Part shown: piece after piece, positions 10,405 through 18,860 of the stretch
How positions within the stretch are numbered: position 1 is the first letter of the stretch
How the letters are laid out: every line of letters begins with the position of its first letter
Assembly: GCA_044229265.1 (NCBI GenBank)
Contig: JBGATK010000006.1
Location: forward strand, 8,232-72,231
Reading direction: 5' to 3'
Length of the DNA stretch: 64,000 bases
Origin: Minisyncoccia bacterium
GTDB lineage: Bacteria > Patescibacteriota > Minisyncoccia > Phycocordibacterales > UBA9973
Made by a program: the position numbers and the translations under genes
The notes under the pieces: model-generated
Seen by the model: only the letters and a program-made list of their open reading frames with translations
Databases searched by the model: none
Told to the model about the DNA's origin: nothing

Positions 10405-12356
10405 AGTAAATCCTCAGGGTCAATTTGAATTGTAAAATTCGGAGTTAAAGATAAAATTTTATTTAGCAAAACAAGATCAATTTTACTGGAGGGAGTTAAA
10501 GCAGGCAAAGACCAATTTTCTGTTTCTATTTTTAATATCATATTTGTAGTGTATTTATTTTTTTGTTTAGCTATATATCCAGTAAAAATTTCTGGATTGT
10601 ATTCTTTGAAAGTTTCTTCTAAAAATTTTTTTACAATAGTTGTTTTAATTTTGTCACCAATATGAATAATTTTTATGAATCTTGAATATGGAGGATAAGA
10701 AAGTATTTTGCGATCAGCCAGCTCTTCTCTTACAAATTGTGTCATTAAACCTGTTTTTATATTTTGCAAAAGAGAATCTGTAGTCTTTTTTGTTTGAATA
10801 ATAATTTTATCTTCTGTTTTTGAAATTATACCAATCATAAGCTGTAGTATTCTCTCATTTATTTTATAATTCGGTATACTCCAAAAAGCATCAAAAGAAG
10901 CCATAAATGTCATCGGTACTTTTTCTTTCATATAAAAAAGAGCAATCTCTGTGCCAACGAGTATTCCATATTTAGCATTTTCAAAATCTTCTATTATCTT
11001 TTCGGCATCTTTTTTATTTTTTGCTACATCTTTATCAAGTTTAAAGATTTTTACTTTTTCTTCATCAAAAACTTCCTTTATTTCTTTATGAATTGTATCT
11101 ACACCAATACCAAGAGGGAGCAGGTTCCAGCTATTACAGTTACTGCAGCGAGTATCCGGTGATTTTTCAGTCTTGCATTTATTACAAACAAACATTCTTT
11201 TTTGAGCATCTTTAGAAAGATAAAGAACCAGTGGAGAAGAGCAAGATTCGCAAACAATAGTATCGGCGCAATCACGACATATAGTATATGTAGCTAATCC
11301 TCGACGTAAGGAAAATATAAAAACCTTTTTCTTTTTTGCTAACATGTTTTTAATTTCTTCAATATTTTTTTCACTAAATATACTCCAAGTTTTTTTATTT
11401 TGTTTATTATTTTTGTTTTGAATTTCTATTTCACCAGAGAAACCTAAGCGATACGATAAAGGTGTAAAATTTGTAAAACCATCGCGCTCCCTGCGCCCTA
11501 AAGTTTCAAAGCGAAGCATAGTATCGGCGAGTATAAATTGCACCCCCATTTTACTTGCAAAAATTTCAGCAAAAGTGCGCATATCTATATAAGGCCTCAT
11601 TTGTGTTTTGTATGCACTAGAACTTTCGTGTTCCAATATAATAGTAGCTATATCGTTTCTAGGTATAGATAAAAAAGGTGCGGTTGCCAAAATCAAAACT
11701 GGGTGAGAGGTGGTAAAAATTTCTTTTAATTTCTCGTTTAATTTCTTTTTAGGTAAATTACTGTGCAATTCGTAAGTGAATGATTCTATACCTTTAGATA
11801 AAGTTTCGTAAAAAATATCTAGGTCGTGTTCTGTAGGAACTACAATGAATACAGAATTCTTTTTCGCAAATGAAGATCTGATTAAAGTTTTGTATATAGA
11901 AATCCTGTTTTCAAGTGAAGTCTGTAAAAGTAATTTTTCGTTTTTTATATTTAAATTTCTTTTTCTTATTCCTGTTTTATTTTCTGTGTCTTTTGATTGA
12001 TGAATTTTTAAATATTGGTCATATTCTTCTTTGAAAATATTTGGTATTAGACTTGCCAGGACATCGCTCGCTTGCGTCGCAAAATACATACTAGTTTCAA
12101 GTCCAGCTTCTATAAAACCACTTTCAAAGAAAGATGGTCCTTTATTTTCAATAATTTTACGAAGCCCAAATTCTAAATTTTTTACTTCTGTTTTTGATTC
12201 TGAAAGCTCTTCGATTTTTATCACTAAACCAAGTACTTTTTTGCTCCTTATTGGGACGAGTGTAATATCACCCAACTCTACTTCTTTCGATGTAAAATAA
12301 GTTAAATCACCTTTAAATATGGCTTTTTGGAGCGGTATTACTGTCAGAATTTTCAT
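10401..12356 (-). CDS. priA: primosomal protein N' (PriA), with degenerate ATPase motifs
   Basis: N-terminal 3'-DNA-binding domain, helicase core homology, two CxxC pairs (CRDC..CESC, CNKC..CSNC). Walker A GxGKT is absent (QTSLENRISIYK in its place) and DEEH reads LEHE. Confidence 0.8.
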   Translation of the reverse strand: MKILTVIPLQKAIFKGDLTYFTSKEVELGDITLVPIRSKKVLGLVIKIEELSESKTEVKNLEFGLRKIIENKGPSFFESGFIEAGLETSMYFATQASDVLASLIPNIFKEEYDQYLKIHQSKDTENKTGIRKRNLNIKNEKLLLQTSLENRISIYKTLIRSSFAKKNSVFIVVPTEHDLDIFYETLSKGIESFTYELHSNLPKKKLNEKLKEIFTTSHPVLILATAPFLSIPRNDIATIILEHESSSAYKTQMRPYIDMRTFAEIFASKMGVQFILADTMLRFETLGRRERDGFTNFTPLSYRLGFSGEIEIQNKNNKQNKKTWSIFSEKNIEEIKNMLAKKKKVFIFSLRRGLATYTICRDCADTIVCESCSSPLVLYLSKDAQKRMFVCNKCKTEKSPDTRCSNCNSWNLLPLGIGVDTIHKEIKEVFDEEKVKIFKLDKDVAKNKKDAEKIIEDFENAKYGILVGTEIALFYMKEKVPMTFMASFDAFWSIPNYKINERILQLMIGIISKTEDKIIIQTKKTTDSLLQNIKTGLMTQFVREELADRKILSYPPYSRFIKIIHIGDKIKTTIVKKFLEETFKEYNPEIFTGYIAKQKNKYTTNMILKIETENWSLPALTPSSKIDLVLLNKILSLTPNFTIQIDPEDLL

Positions 12357-12366
12357 ATTTTTATTC

Positions 12367-12383
12367 TAGCATAATTTATGCTA
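12367..12383. promoter_or_regulatory. 17-nt palindrome in the divergent priA/mreB promoter region
   Basis: tagcataa-t-ttatgcta, 8-nt perfect arms. Confidence 0.35.
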
Positions 12384-12393
12384 TATTAGCTCT

Positions 12394-13407
12394 ATGGGAT
12401 TTTTTTCTAAAAAACTAGGCATAGACTTAGGCACTGCAAATACTCTTGTATTCGTGCCACGTGTAGGCATTGTGCTTTCTGAGCCTACTGTTGTAGCTGT
12501 GTCTGAAATAGATAATAAAATTCTCGCTATAGGGCAAGAAGCTAAAGATATGATAGGTAAAACTCCAGATGCTATTCGGACTTATTGTCCAATGCGTGAT
12601 GGTGTCATAGCGGATTATCGAGTCACCGAAGCTATGCTGCGATACTTTATAAATAAAGCCTCTGGCAAATGGAGTTTTTGGAAACCAGATGTCATGATAT
12701 CAGTTCCTGCTGGAGTTACGAGTACAGAACGTAGGGCTGTAGTAGAAGCTGCTATTCGTGCTGGTGCAAAAAATGCTTATGTGGTCAAAGAACCAATTTT
12801 AGCTGCTATTGGCGCAGGAATTCCAATTTACGAACCCAAAGGACATATGGTGGTGGATATAGGTGGTGGCACTACTGATGTAGCAGTGATATCACTCGGT
12901 GGTATTGTGGCTTCTACTTCTGTAAAATGTGCTGGTAATAAGATTGATCAAGCTATAGCTGAATATATTAAAAAAACTTTTAATTTAGCTATCGGTGACA
13001 AAACTGCTGAAGAAGTAAAAATAAAAATTGGTGCCGCTGTACCGCTTGAAGAAGAATTAAAGGTTACAATTAAAGGACGTGATTTTATTCAAGGTCTCCC
13101 GCGCTCGGCTCAAGTTTCTACAAATGAAATAGTAAAAGCTATAGATAATGAATTAAAACAAATTATAAAAGCTATTAAAGATGTTTTACAAGAAATTCCA
13201 CCAGAATTAGCTAGTGATATTATTGATCACGGTATTATTATGACTGGAGGTTCATCACTTCTTCGTAATTTAGCGGATTTGGTTTATAGAAAAACAGGCG
13301 TTAAAGCTACGATAGCTGAAGATGCACTTTATTGCGTAGCTAAAGGCACTGGTATTGCTCTTGAACACCTCGATGTTTACAAAAAAGCAGTTTTAACTAA
13401 AAAATAA
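12394..13407 (+). CDS. mreB: rod shape-determining protein MreB
   Basis: actin-fold motifs GIDLGTANT, VVDIGGGTTD, 337 aa. Confidence 0.95.
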   Translation: MGFFSKKLGIDLGTANTLVFVPRVGIVLSEPTVVAVSEIDNKILAIGQEAKDMIGKTPDAIRTYCPMRDGVIADYRVTEAMLRYFINKASGKWSFWKPDVMISVPAGVTSTERRAVVEAAIRAGAKNAYVVKEPILAAIGAGIPIYEPKGHMVVDIGGGTTDVAVISLGGIVASTSVKCAGNKIDQAIAEYIKKTFNLAIGDKTAEEVKIKIGAAVPLEEELKVTIKGRDFIQGLPRSAQVSTNEIVKAIDNELKQIIKAIKDVLQEIPPELASDIIDHGIIMTGGSSLLRNLADLVYRKTGVKATIAEDALYCVAKGTGIALEHLDVYKKAVLTKK

Positions 13408-13418
13408 AATCAAATAAA

Positions 13419-14108
13419 ATGTTGCAAAAACATATTCAAAAAGAAAATTTACACCATGCTTATTTGTTGTCAGGGGATATGAAAAATATTTTGGAGAATT
13501 TATTTTCTCTACTTAGTGATTTTGGCATTAAAATACAAAAAAATCCTGATTTTCATTTACTTTCATACGATACTCTAAAAATAGATGATGCTCGGCATGT
13601 AAAGAGTTTGGCAGAAAATAGAAGCTTTGACGGTAGTAAAAAAGTATTTGTAATCTCAGTTAATAATTTTTTACCAGAATCACAAAATACTTTGCTCAAA
13701 ATTTTTGAAGAACCAAAAGAAAATATGCATTTTTTTATAATTTCCAAAAATGCGGATTCATTTTTATCTACACTTCGTTCGCGCTGTTATTTGATAAACT
13801 TAGAGCAAGACAAAAATACAAATGAAGAGATTGAGAAATTTTTAAATACATCTTTGCAAAACAAAATCGACCACGTAAAAAATTTACTCGATACTGATGA
13901 AGATAAAGGTGAAGCCTCTTCTCGCACCTTGGCTTTGGAATTTTTAGATCAAATAGAATCTGCTCTCCATAATCGAATGTCAAAGATGCCCTTTGACACA
14001 GATATTTTCCACAAAATTTTCACTGCCCGTAAATATATCCGTGGAGCGGGGAGTAGTCCAAAAAATATTCTAGAAGCTATTGTCTTAAATTTACCAGAAA
14101 AAGTATAG
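13419..14108 (+). CDS. holB: DNA polymerase III delta' subunit (short form)
   Basis: HAYLLSG N-terminus, SRC-like LRSRC motif, P-loop not conserved as expected for delta'. Confidence 0.7.
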   Translation: MLQKHIQKENLHHAYLLSGDMKNILENLFSLLSDFGIKIQKNPDFHLLSYDTLKIDDARHVKSLAENRSFDGSKKVFVISVNNFLPESQNTLLKIFEEPKENMHFFIISKNADSFLSTLRSRCYLINLEQDKNTNEEIEKFLNTSLQNKIDHVKNLLDTDEDKGEASSRTLALEFLDQIESALHNRMSKMPFDTDIFHKIFTARKYIRGAGSSPKNILEAIVLNLPEKV

Positions 14109-14145
14109 TTTCTAATTTATAGTTAATTTGTTATAATACCCACAT

Positions 14146-14697
14146 ATGCAATACAATTTCAATGATTTAAAAACAGAATTAAAAAAGGCTGAAGGGCATT
14201 TGGAAAAAACCTATCGTGAGCTCAATATTGGCAGGGCGAGTCCCATGGTACTCGATGGCGTTTCTGTTGAAGTTTATGGTCAGTATCAACCTATAAAAAA
14301 TATAGCTTCTATAAATATCGAAGATCCTAAAACTTTACGTCTAGCACCTTGGGATAAAACTCAAATAAAATCTATAGAAAAGGCGATAATGCTAGCTGAC
14401 TTGGGGCTTTCTCTTGCTGTTGATGATGCAGGTATTCGTGTTATATTTCCTCAGCTTACCACAGAAACTCGCGGTAAATTAGCTAAAGTATTGAAAGACA
14501 AATTAGAAGATGCTCGTATATCAGTTCGTAAAATTCGTGGCGATGTTTGGGAAGAAATTCAGGAAAAACAAAAGGAGGGTGTCATGACCGAGGATGAAAG
14601 AAAATGGGCTAAAGATGAACTTGAAAAAATAGTAAGCGAGGTAAATAAAAATTTGGAAGAAATGTTTAATAAGAAAGAAATGGAAGTAATGAATTAA
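14146..14697 (+). CDS. frr: ribosome recycling factor
   Basis: 183 aa, conserved RRF three-helix-bundle pattern. Confidence 0.9.
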   Translation: MQYNFNDLKTELKKAEGHLEKTYRELNIGRASPMVLDGVSVEVYGQYQPIKNIASINIEDPKTLRLAPWDKTQIKSIEKAIMLADLGLSLAVDDAGIRVIFPQLTTETRGKLAKVLKDKLEDARISVRKIRGDVWEEIQEKQKEGVMTEDERKWAKDELEKIVSEVNKNLEEMFNKKEMEVMN

Positions 14698-14710
14698 ATA
14701 AAAAATAAAT

Positions 14711-15808
14711 ATGAATGTACTAATTTTTATAGTTATCTTGCTGGTACTAGTAATCGTTCATGAATTTGGGCATTTTTTTACTGCGAAAAAGTTTGGTATA
14801 CGAGTAGATGAATTTGGTTTTGGTTTTCCGCCAAAAATTTTTGGCATTAAAAGAGGGGAAACAGAGTATACTTTTAACGCACTTCCGATTGGTGGTTTTG
14901 TGAAAATTTTCGGTGAGAATCCGGATGAGGATAGTATAAATGGTCCTGACGCAAAACGTAGTTTTGTAAATAAGCCAAGGTGGCAGCAAGCTATAGTGCT
15001 TTTTGCAGGAGTATTTGCTAATTTTTTACTAGCATGGATACTTTTTTCTTTCGCTTTTTTCTCGGGCATGCCTACATCGGTGCGAAGTGAAATGCGTGAT
15101 TATATAGTGGGCGGAACGAATCTGGTAATTATTTCTGTTTTGCCTGATTCGCCAGCAGAATTAGCAGGGCTCTCTTCTGGAGATAAGATACTAGGTGTTT
15201 CGTCTGTAAAACATAAATTAGAAACAATTACATCAGAAAGTTTTAGTAATTTTGTTTCTAGCCATGGCGGAGAAAGTTTGAATATTACTTACACAAATAA
15301 AAATAATGAAGAAAAAAATATTGAAATTATTCCTAAAATAAAAGAAGGTGAGAGTAAAGCTTTAATTGGGATTTCTATGGATGAAATTGGAGTAGTGAAA
15401 TTCCCTATAGGGCGTGCATTTTATGAAGGTTTTAAAATGAACTTTTTTGTTATTAAAGCTACTGCTGTAGGATTGTATCAATTCATAATACAGAGTGTTC
15501 AAGGCAAAGCAAATTTTGATGCTGTGGCAGGGCCTGTAGGTATGGCCGGCATAGTGGGGGATGCTTATAAATTTGGTTTCGCTTATTTAGTATCTTTTAT
15601 GGCTATACTTTCTGTGAATTTAGGAGTATTAAACCTAGTGCCATTTCCAGCTCTCGACGGTGGGCGATTACTATTTTTACTTATAGAAAAGATAAAAGGT
15701 TCACGCCTCTCACCAAAATTTGCGAATACAGCAAATGCTATAGGATTCTTTATCCTAATAGGGCTTATGATTCTAGTTACTTATCACGACATTGCAAAAT
15801 TATTTTAA
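14711..15808 (+). CDS. rseP: RIP site-2 zinc metalloprotease RseP (M50) with PDZ domain
   Basis: HEFGH zinc motif at the N-terminus, PDZ segment, NLVPFPALDGG motif. Confidence 0.9.
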   Translation: MNVLIFIVILLVLVIVHEFGHFFTAKKFGIRVDEFGFGFPPKIFGIKRGETEYTFNALPIGGFVKIFGENPDEDSINGPDAKRSFVNKPRWQQAIVLFAGVFANFLLAWILFSFAFFSGMPTSVRSEMRDYIVGGTNLVIISVLPDSPAELAGLSSGDKILGVSSVKHKLETITSESFSNFVSSHGGESLNITYTNKNNEEKNIEIIPKIKEGESKALIGISMDEIGVVKFPIGRAFYEGFKMNFFVIKATAVGLYQFIIQSVQGKANFDAVAGPVGMAGIVGDAYKFGFAYLVSFMAILSVNLGVLNLVPFPALDGGRLLFLLIEKIKGSRLSPKFANTANAIGFFILIGLMILVTYHDIAKLF

Positions 15809-17555
15809 ATGGAAAACAGGAATTGCCACCCCGAACGAAAGCAAAGCTTCATACGGGGCAGGAAATTGTAAAAGTATGGAATATAAACCACAAAATGTAA
15901 TATGCCAGAATTGTAGTGGTGAATTCATAATCGAACCAGACGATTTTTCTTTTTATGAAAAGATGAAAGTTCCAGCGCCGCATGTCTGCCCAGACTGTCG
16001 TTTTAAAATGCGCGCAATTTTTAGAAATGAAAACAAATTATATTCAGGAAGAAAATGTGATTTATGCCAAAAAAGTATAATTGCAATGTATAACCCAAAA
16101 TCTCCTTACAAGGTATATTGTCCCGAGTGTTATGCAAGCGATAACTGGGACCGCTCTTCATACGCCAAAGATTATGATTTTTCTAAATCATTTTTTGAGC
16201 AACTAAAAGAGCTAACATTATCTGTGCCCAAAATGAATTTGTATGTTACTTATTTAAATGGACCTGTAATAAATAGCCCTTTTAACAATGGTTTTGGCGG
16301 GGCCAAGAATTGCTATTATCTATTTAATGGAGGTCCTGCGGAAAATACTCAGTATTCTCGAGGGGTAAAAGATGTAAAAGATATTTCGGATTGTTATTTT
16401 TCCACTAAAATAGAAAATTCTTACGAAGCTATAAATGTACACAACTCTAACAAGATATTTTTTAGTCAGAATGTTACAAATTCCATAGAGTCAGCTTTTC
16501 TTATTAATTGCAATAACTGTATAAATTGTATTGGTTGTGTAAATTTAAACAATAAAAGTAATTGTATTTTAAATGAACAGTATACAAAAGAAGGGTACAT
16601 AGAAAAAGTAAATGAAATATTTGGTAGTTATGAAAAGATAGAAGATTTTAAAAAATCATTTTATGAGTTTTCTTTAACTTTTCCGCATAGAGAAAACAAT
16701 AATATTAAAACAGTAGATTCTACAGGAGATTATCTGAGTGAATGTAAAAATGTTAAAAATAGCATGGAAATTACTCAGAGCGAAAATGTTAAAGACGCTT
16801 TCTCTTCTAAGCAACTCAAAGATTCTATAGGAGTTTTTGGTTATGGGTTCAGTTCTGAATCTTTACTCGAAGTCGTAGCTACAGGTCATTCAAGTAATAT
16901 TATAGGTTCGTATGGCATAGATGAATCTATGAATATAGAATATAGTTTTTGTTGTTTTCCAAATAATGCCTATTTAATTGGCTGTGATTCCTTGAAAAAT
17001 TCTAAATACTGCATTTTAAATAAACAATACACAAAAGAAGAGTACGAGAAAATTAGAGAACATATTGTAAAAGAATTAACAGACCTTGGTATTTATGGCC
17101 TCATGATGCCACCATCCATCGCACCTTTTGCTTACAATGAAACTATCGCGCAAGATAACATGCCCCTGACCAAAGAAGAAGCCATTGCGCAAGGGTTTAG
17201 ATGGGAAGATGATATTCAGAAAACTGAAGGCAAGGAGACTATAAAACCAGAGCAAATTCCAGACCATATTCGTGATGTAGAGGACAGTATTACAAAAGAA
17301 ATTTTGTGTTGCATAGAGTGCAATAGGAATTATAAAATTACCGAACAAGAATTACTATTTTACCGAAAAATGATTTTGCCTATTCCAAGGAAATGTTTCT
17401 ATTGTCGCCACAAGAGCCGTATAGAAAAACGTGGCCCATACAAATTTTGGAACAGAAATTGTGCCAAGTGCGAAAAAGAAATTATCACAAATTATTCTCC
17501 GGAAAGGCCAGAGATAGTGTACTGTGAGCGTTGTTATCAAAGTGAAGTCTATTAA
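15792..17555 (+). CDS. cysteine-rich repeat protein with duplicated N- and C-terminal tandem zinc-ribbon modules (start may be 15877)
   Basis: CxxC..FYxKM..PxPxxCxxCR..RN..C..C..Y.P..P..VYC..CY occurs at both termini. Internal repeats NxxCILNxQYTKEEY. No catalytic motif recognised. Confidence 0.6.
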   Translation: MQNYFKWKTGIATPNESKASYGAGNCKSMEYKPQNVICQNCSGEFIIEPDDFSFYEKMKVPAPHVCPDCRFKMRAIFRNENKLYSGRKCDLCQKSIIAMYNPKSPYKVYCPECYASDNWDRSSYAKDYDFSKSFFEQLKELTLSVPKMNLYVTYLNGPVINSPFNNGFGGAKNCYYLFNGGPAENTQYSRGVKDVKDISDCYFSTKIENSYEAINVHNSNKIFFSQNVTNSIESAFLINCNNCINCIGCVNLNNKSNCILNEQYTKEGYIEKVNEIFGSYEKIEDFKKSFYEFSLTFPHRENNNIKTVDSTGDYLSECKNVKNSMEITQSENVKDAFSSKQLKDSIGVFGYGFSSESLLEVVATGHSSNIIGSYGIDESMNIEYSFCCFPNNAYLIGCDSLKNSKYCILNKQYTKEEYEKIREHIVKELTDLGIYGLMMPPSIAPFAYNETIAQDNMPLTKEEAIAQGFRWEDDIQKTEGKETIKPEQIPDHIRDVEDSITKEILCCIECNRNYKITEQELLFYRKMILPIPRKCFYCRHKSRIEKRGPYKFWNRNCAKCEKEIITNYSPERPEIVYCERCYQSEVY

Positions 17556-17615
17556 ATGCTACTGTGCCCTTCGTAGCTTTTGCGAAGTAGGGTCAACAGG
17601 AAGTTTATTAAATAT

Positions 17616-18197
17616 ATGAAAAAAATTATTGAATTAAATACAAAAAAAGAAATAGCCTTTGTAAGGTCAGATTTACCGATGATGGTGCATGGGGTAGAGC
17701 ATTCTGGTGCATCACTCCTCTCTATAACCATAGCAACCATTTTGCATGCAGGTGGTGAAAAGCTTTGTATTTTTACTGCTTATCCTATGGCAAAAGATGA
17801 ATTCTTGGCCGAAGTATCAAACCCTGAAGATGTATTTTATTTAGAGAATTTTGAGGATTTAACTAAGGCTAATAATTTCCAGACGATAATTGTAGAAAGT
17901 GGTAATATTGAATTGTTCAAAAAAGTTATAGCTGAAAAGGAATTATTAGGGAATAGAATTGTATTTATTAAAAATATTGAAACAATAAATCAGCCTACTT
18001 TAGAAAAATTGCAGGATTATGATTTTATGGTTTCTGGTGATTTTAGTACAAATATTTTGCAGAAAGATTTTAATGATTTAGAATACAAGACAAAAATTTT
18101 CCTTTCTCCACTTTCTCCGTTTATCGTTCCTGTTTTGGCGAAGTATCAAGCTTTTTTACAAAAAGGAACAGAAGAAAAAATTATTATTATTTCTTAA
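17616..18197 (+). CDS. hypothetical protein (193 aa), possibly co-transcribed with the upstream Cys-rich gene
   Basis: ORF with a leader hairpin related to the atpD/dnaK leaders. Alternative start at 17580. Confidence 0.5.
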   Translation: MKKIIELNTKKEIAFVRSDLPMMVHGVEHSGASLLSITIATILHAGGEKLCIFTAYPMAKDEFLAEVSNPEDVFYLENFEDLTKANNFQTIIVESGNIELFKKVIAEKELLGNRIVFIKNIETINQPTLEKLQDYDFMVSGDFSTNILQKDFNDLEYKTKIFLSPLSPFIVPVLAKYQAFLQKGTEEKIIIIS

Positions 18198-18705
18198 AAT
18201 TCTCGAAAAATAATTTCTCAGAAATACTATCTATTTTATTTGTTGTAATTATTACGAGCTCGGTGGTAAGGCCCAAATCTTTTTTAATATTTTCAAAAAG
18301 ATATTCATATGGAAAAGGGGAGATCCAAGCAGAATTTTTGAGGCACACAAAGCCAGCTTTTTTGAGGAGGTATCTTAGGCTCTCCCGCTCGGCTTTTCTA
18401 CTCTCTGGTAAATCAAGAAGTATAATACGCCAAAACCCATCCCAATTTGGGTTTACTAGAGCTTCTTCGCCAGAGACAAGTAGGCTATTTAAGCGTTTTT
18501 TACCCTCTTTAGTGAGGCGGGCATAGCTTTGGTGTTCTGACTCATGTAGCTCTGCCAAACCTCCTTCTACGAGGTTTTTGAGGCTTCTAGCGAGGGCGTA
18601 TTTGGATTTAGTATTATCTTTTTCTTTTAAAAATTCTAAAGCTACGGCTTGCTTTTCGCCTAGTTTTTTAAGGATTTTTTTGGAAAAGTCGTTTTTACTT
18701 GACAT
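18187..18705 (-). CDS. PaaX-like winged-helix transcriptional regulator, divergent from dnaK
   Basis: N-terminal wHTH, C-terminal WDGFWRIILLDLPE..R..LRYLLKKAGF..LKNSAWISPFP pattern typical of PaaX-family C-domains. Confidence 0.55.
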   Translation of the reverse strand: MSSKNDFSKKILKKLGEKQAVALEFLKEKDNTKSKYALARSLKNLVEGGLAELHESEHQSYARLTKEGKKRLNSLLVSGEEALVNPNWDGFWRIILLDLPESRKAERESLRYLLKKAGFVCLKNSAWISPFPYEYLFENIKKDLGLTTELVIITTNKIDSISEKLFFENFKK

Positions 18706-18770
18706 GTGGATATCGTATCATATATACTCTATTTATACAAGTATTTCGCGAACGCGAAAAAAGAGTAAAA

Positions 18771-18814
18771 TGTCAAAGGGCATCTTTGACACATAAAATT
18801 ATTAACCATTATAA
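18771..18814 (+). promoter_or_regulatory. dnaK promoter (TTGACA-17-TTATAA) with inverted-repeat operator TGTCAAAG-N5-CTTTGACA overlapping the -35
   Basis: IR at 18771-18791, -35 at 18786-18791, -10 at 18809-18814. Second palindrome TTTCGCG-AA-CGCGAAA at 18744-18759. Confidence 0.5.
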
Positions 18815-18860
18815 ACTAATTTATCCTTCGTCGCTAAAGCTATGAAGGACAAGAAAACAT

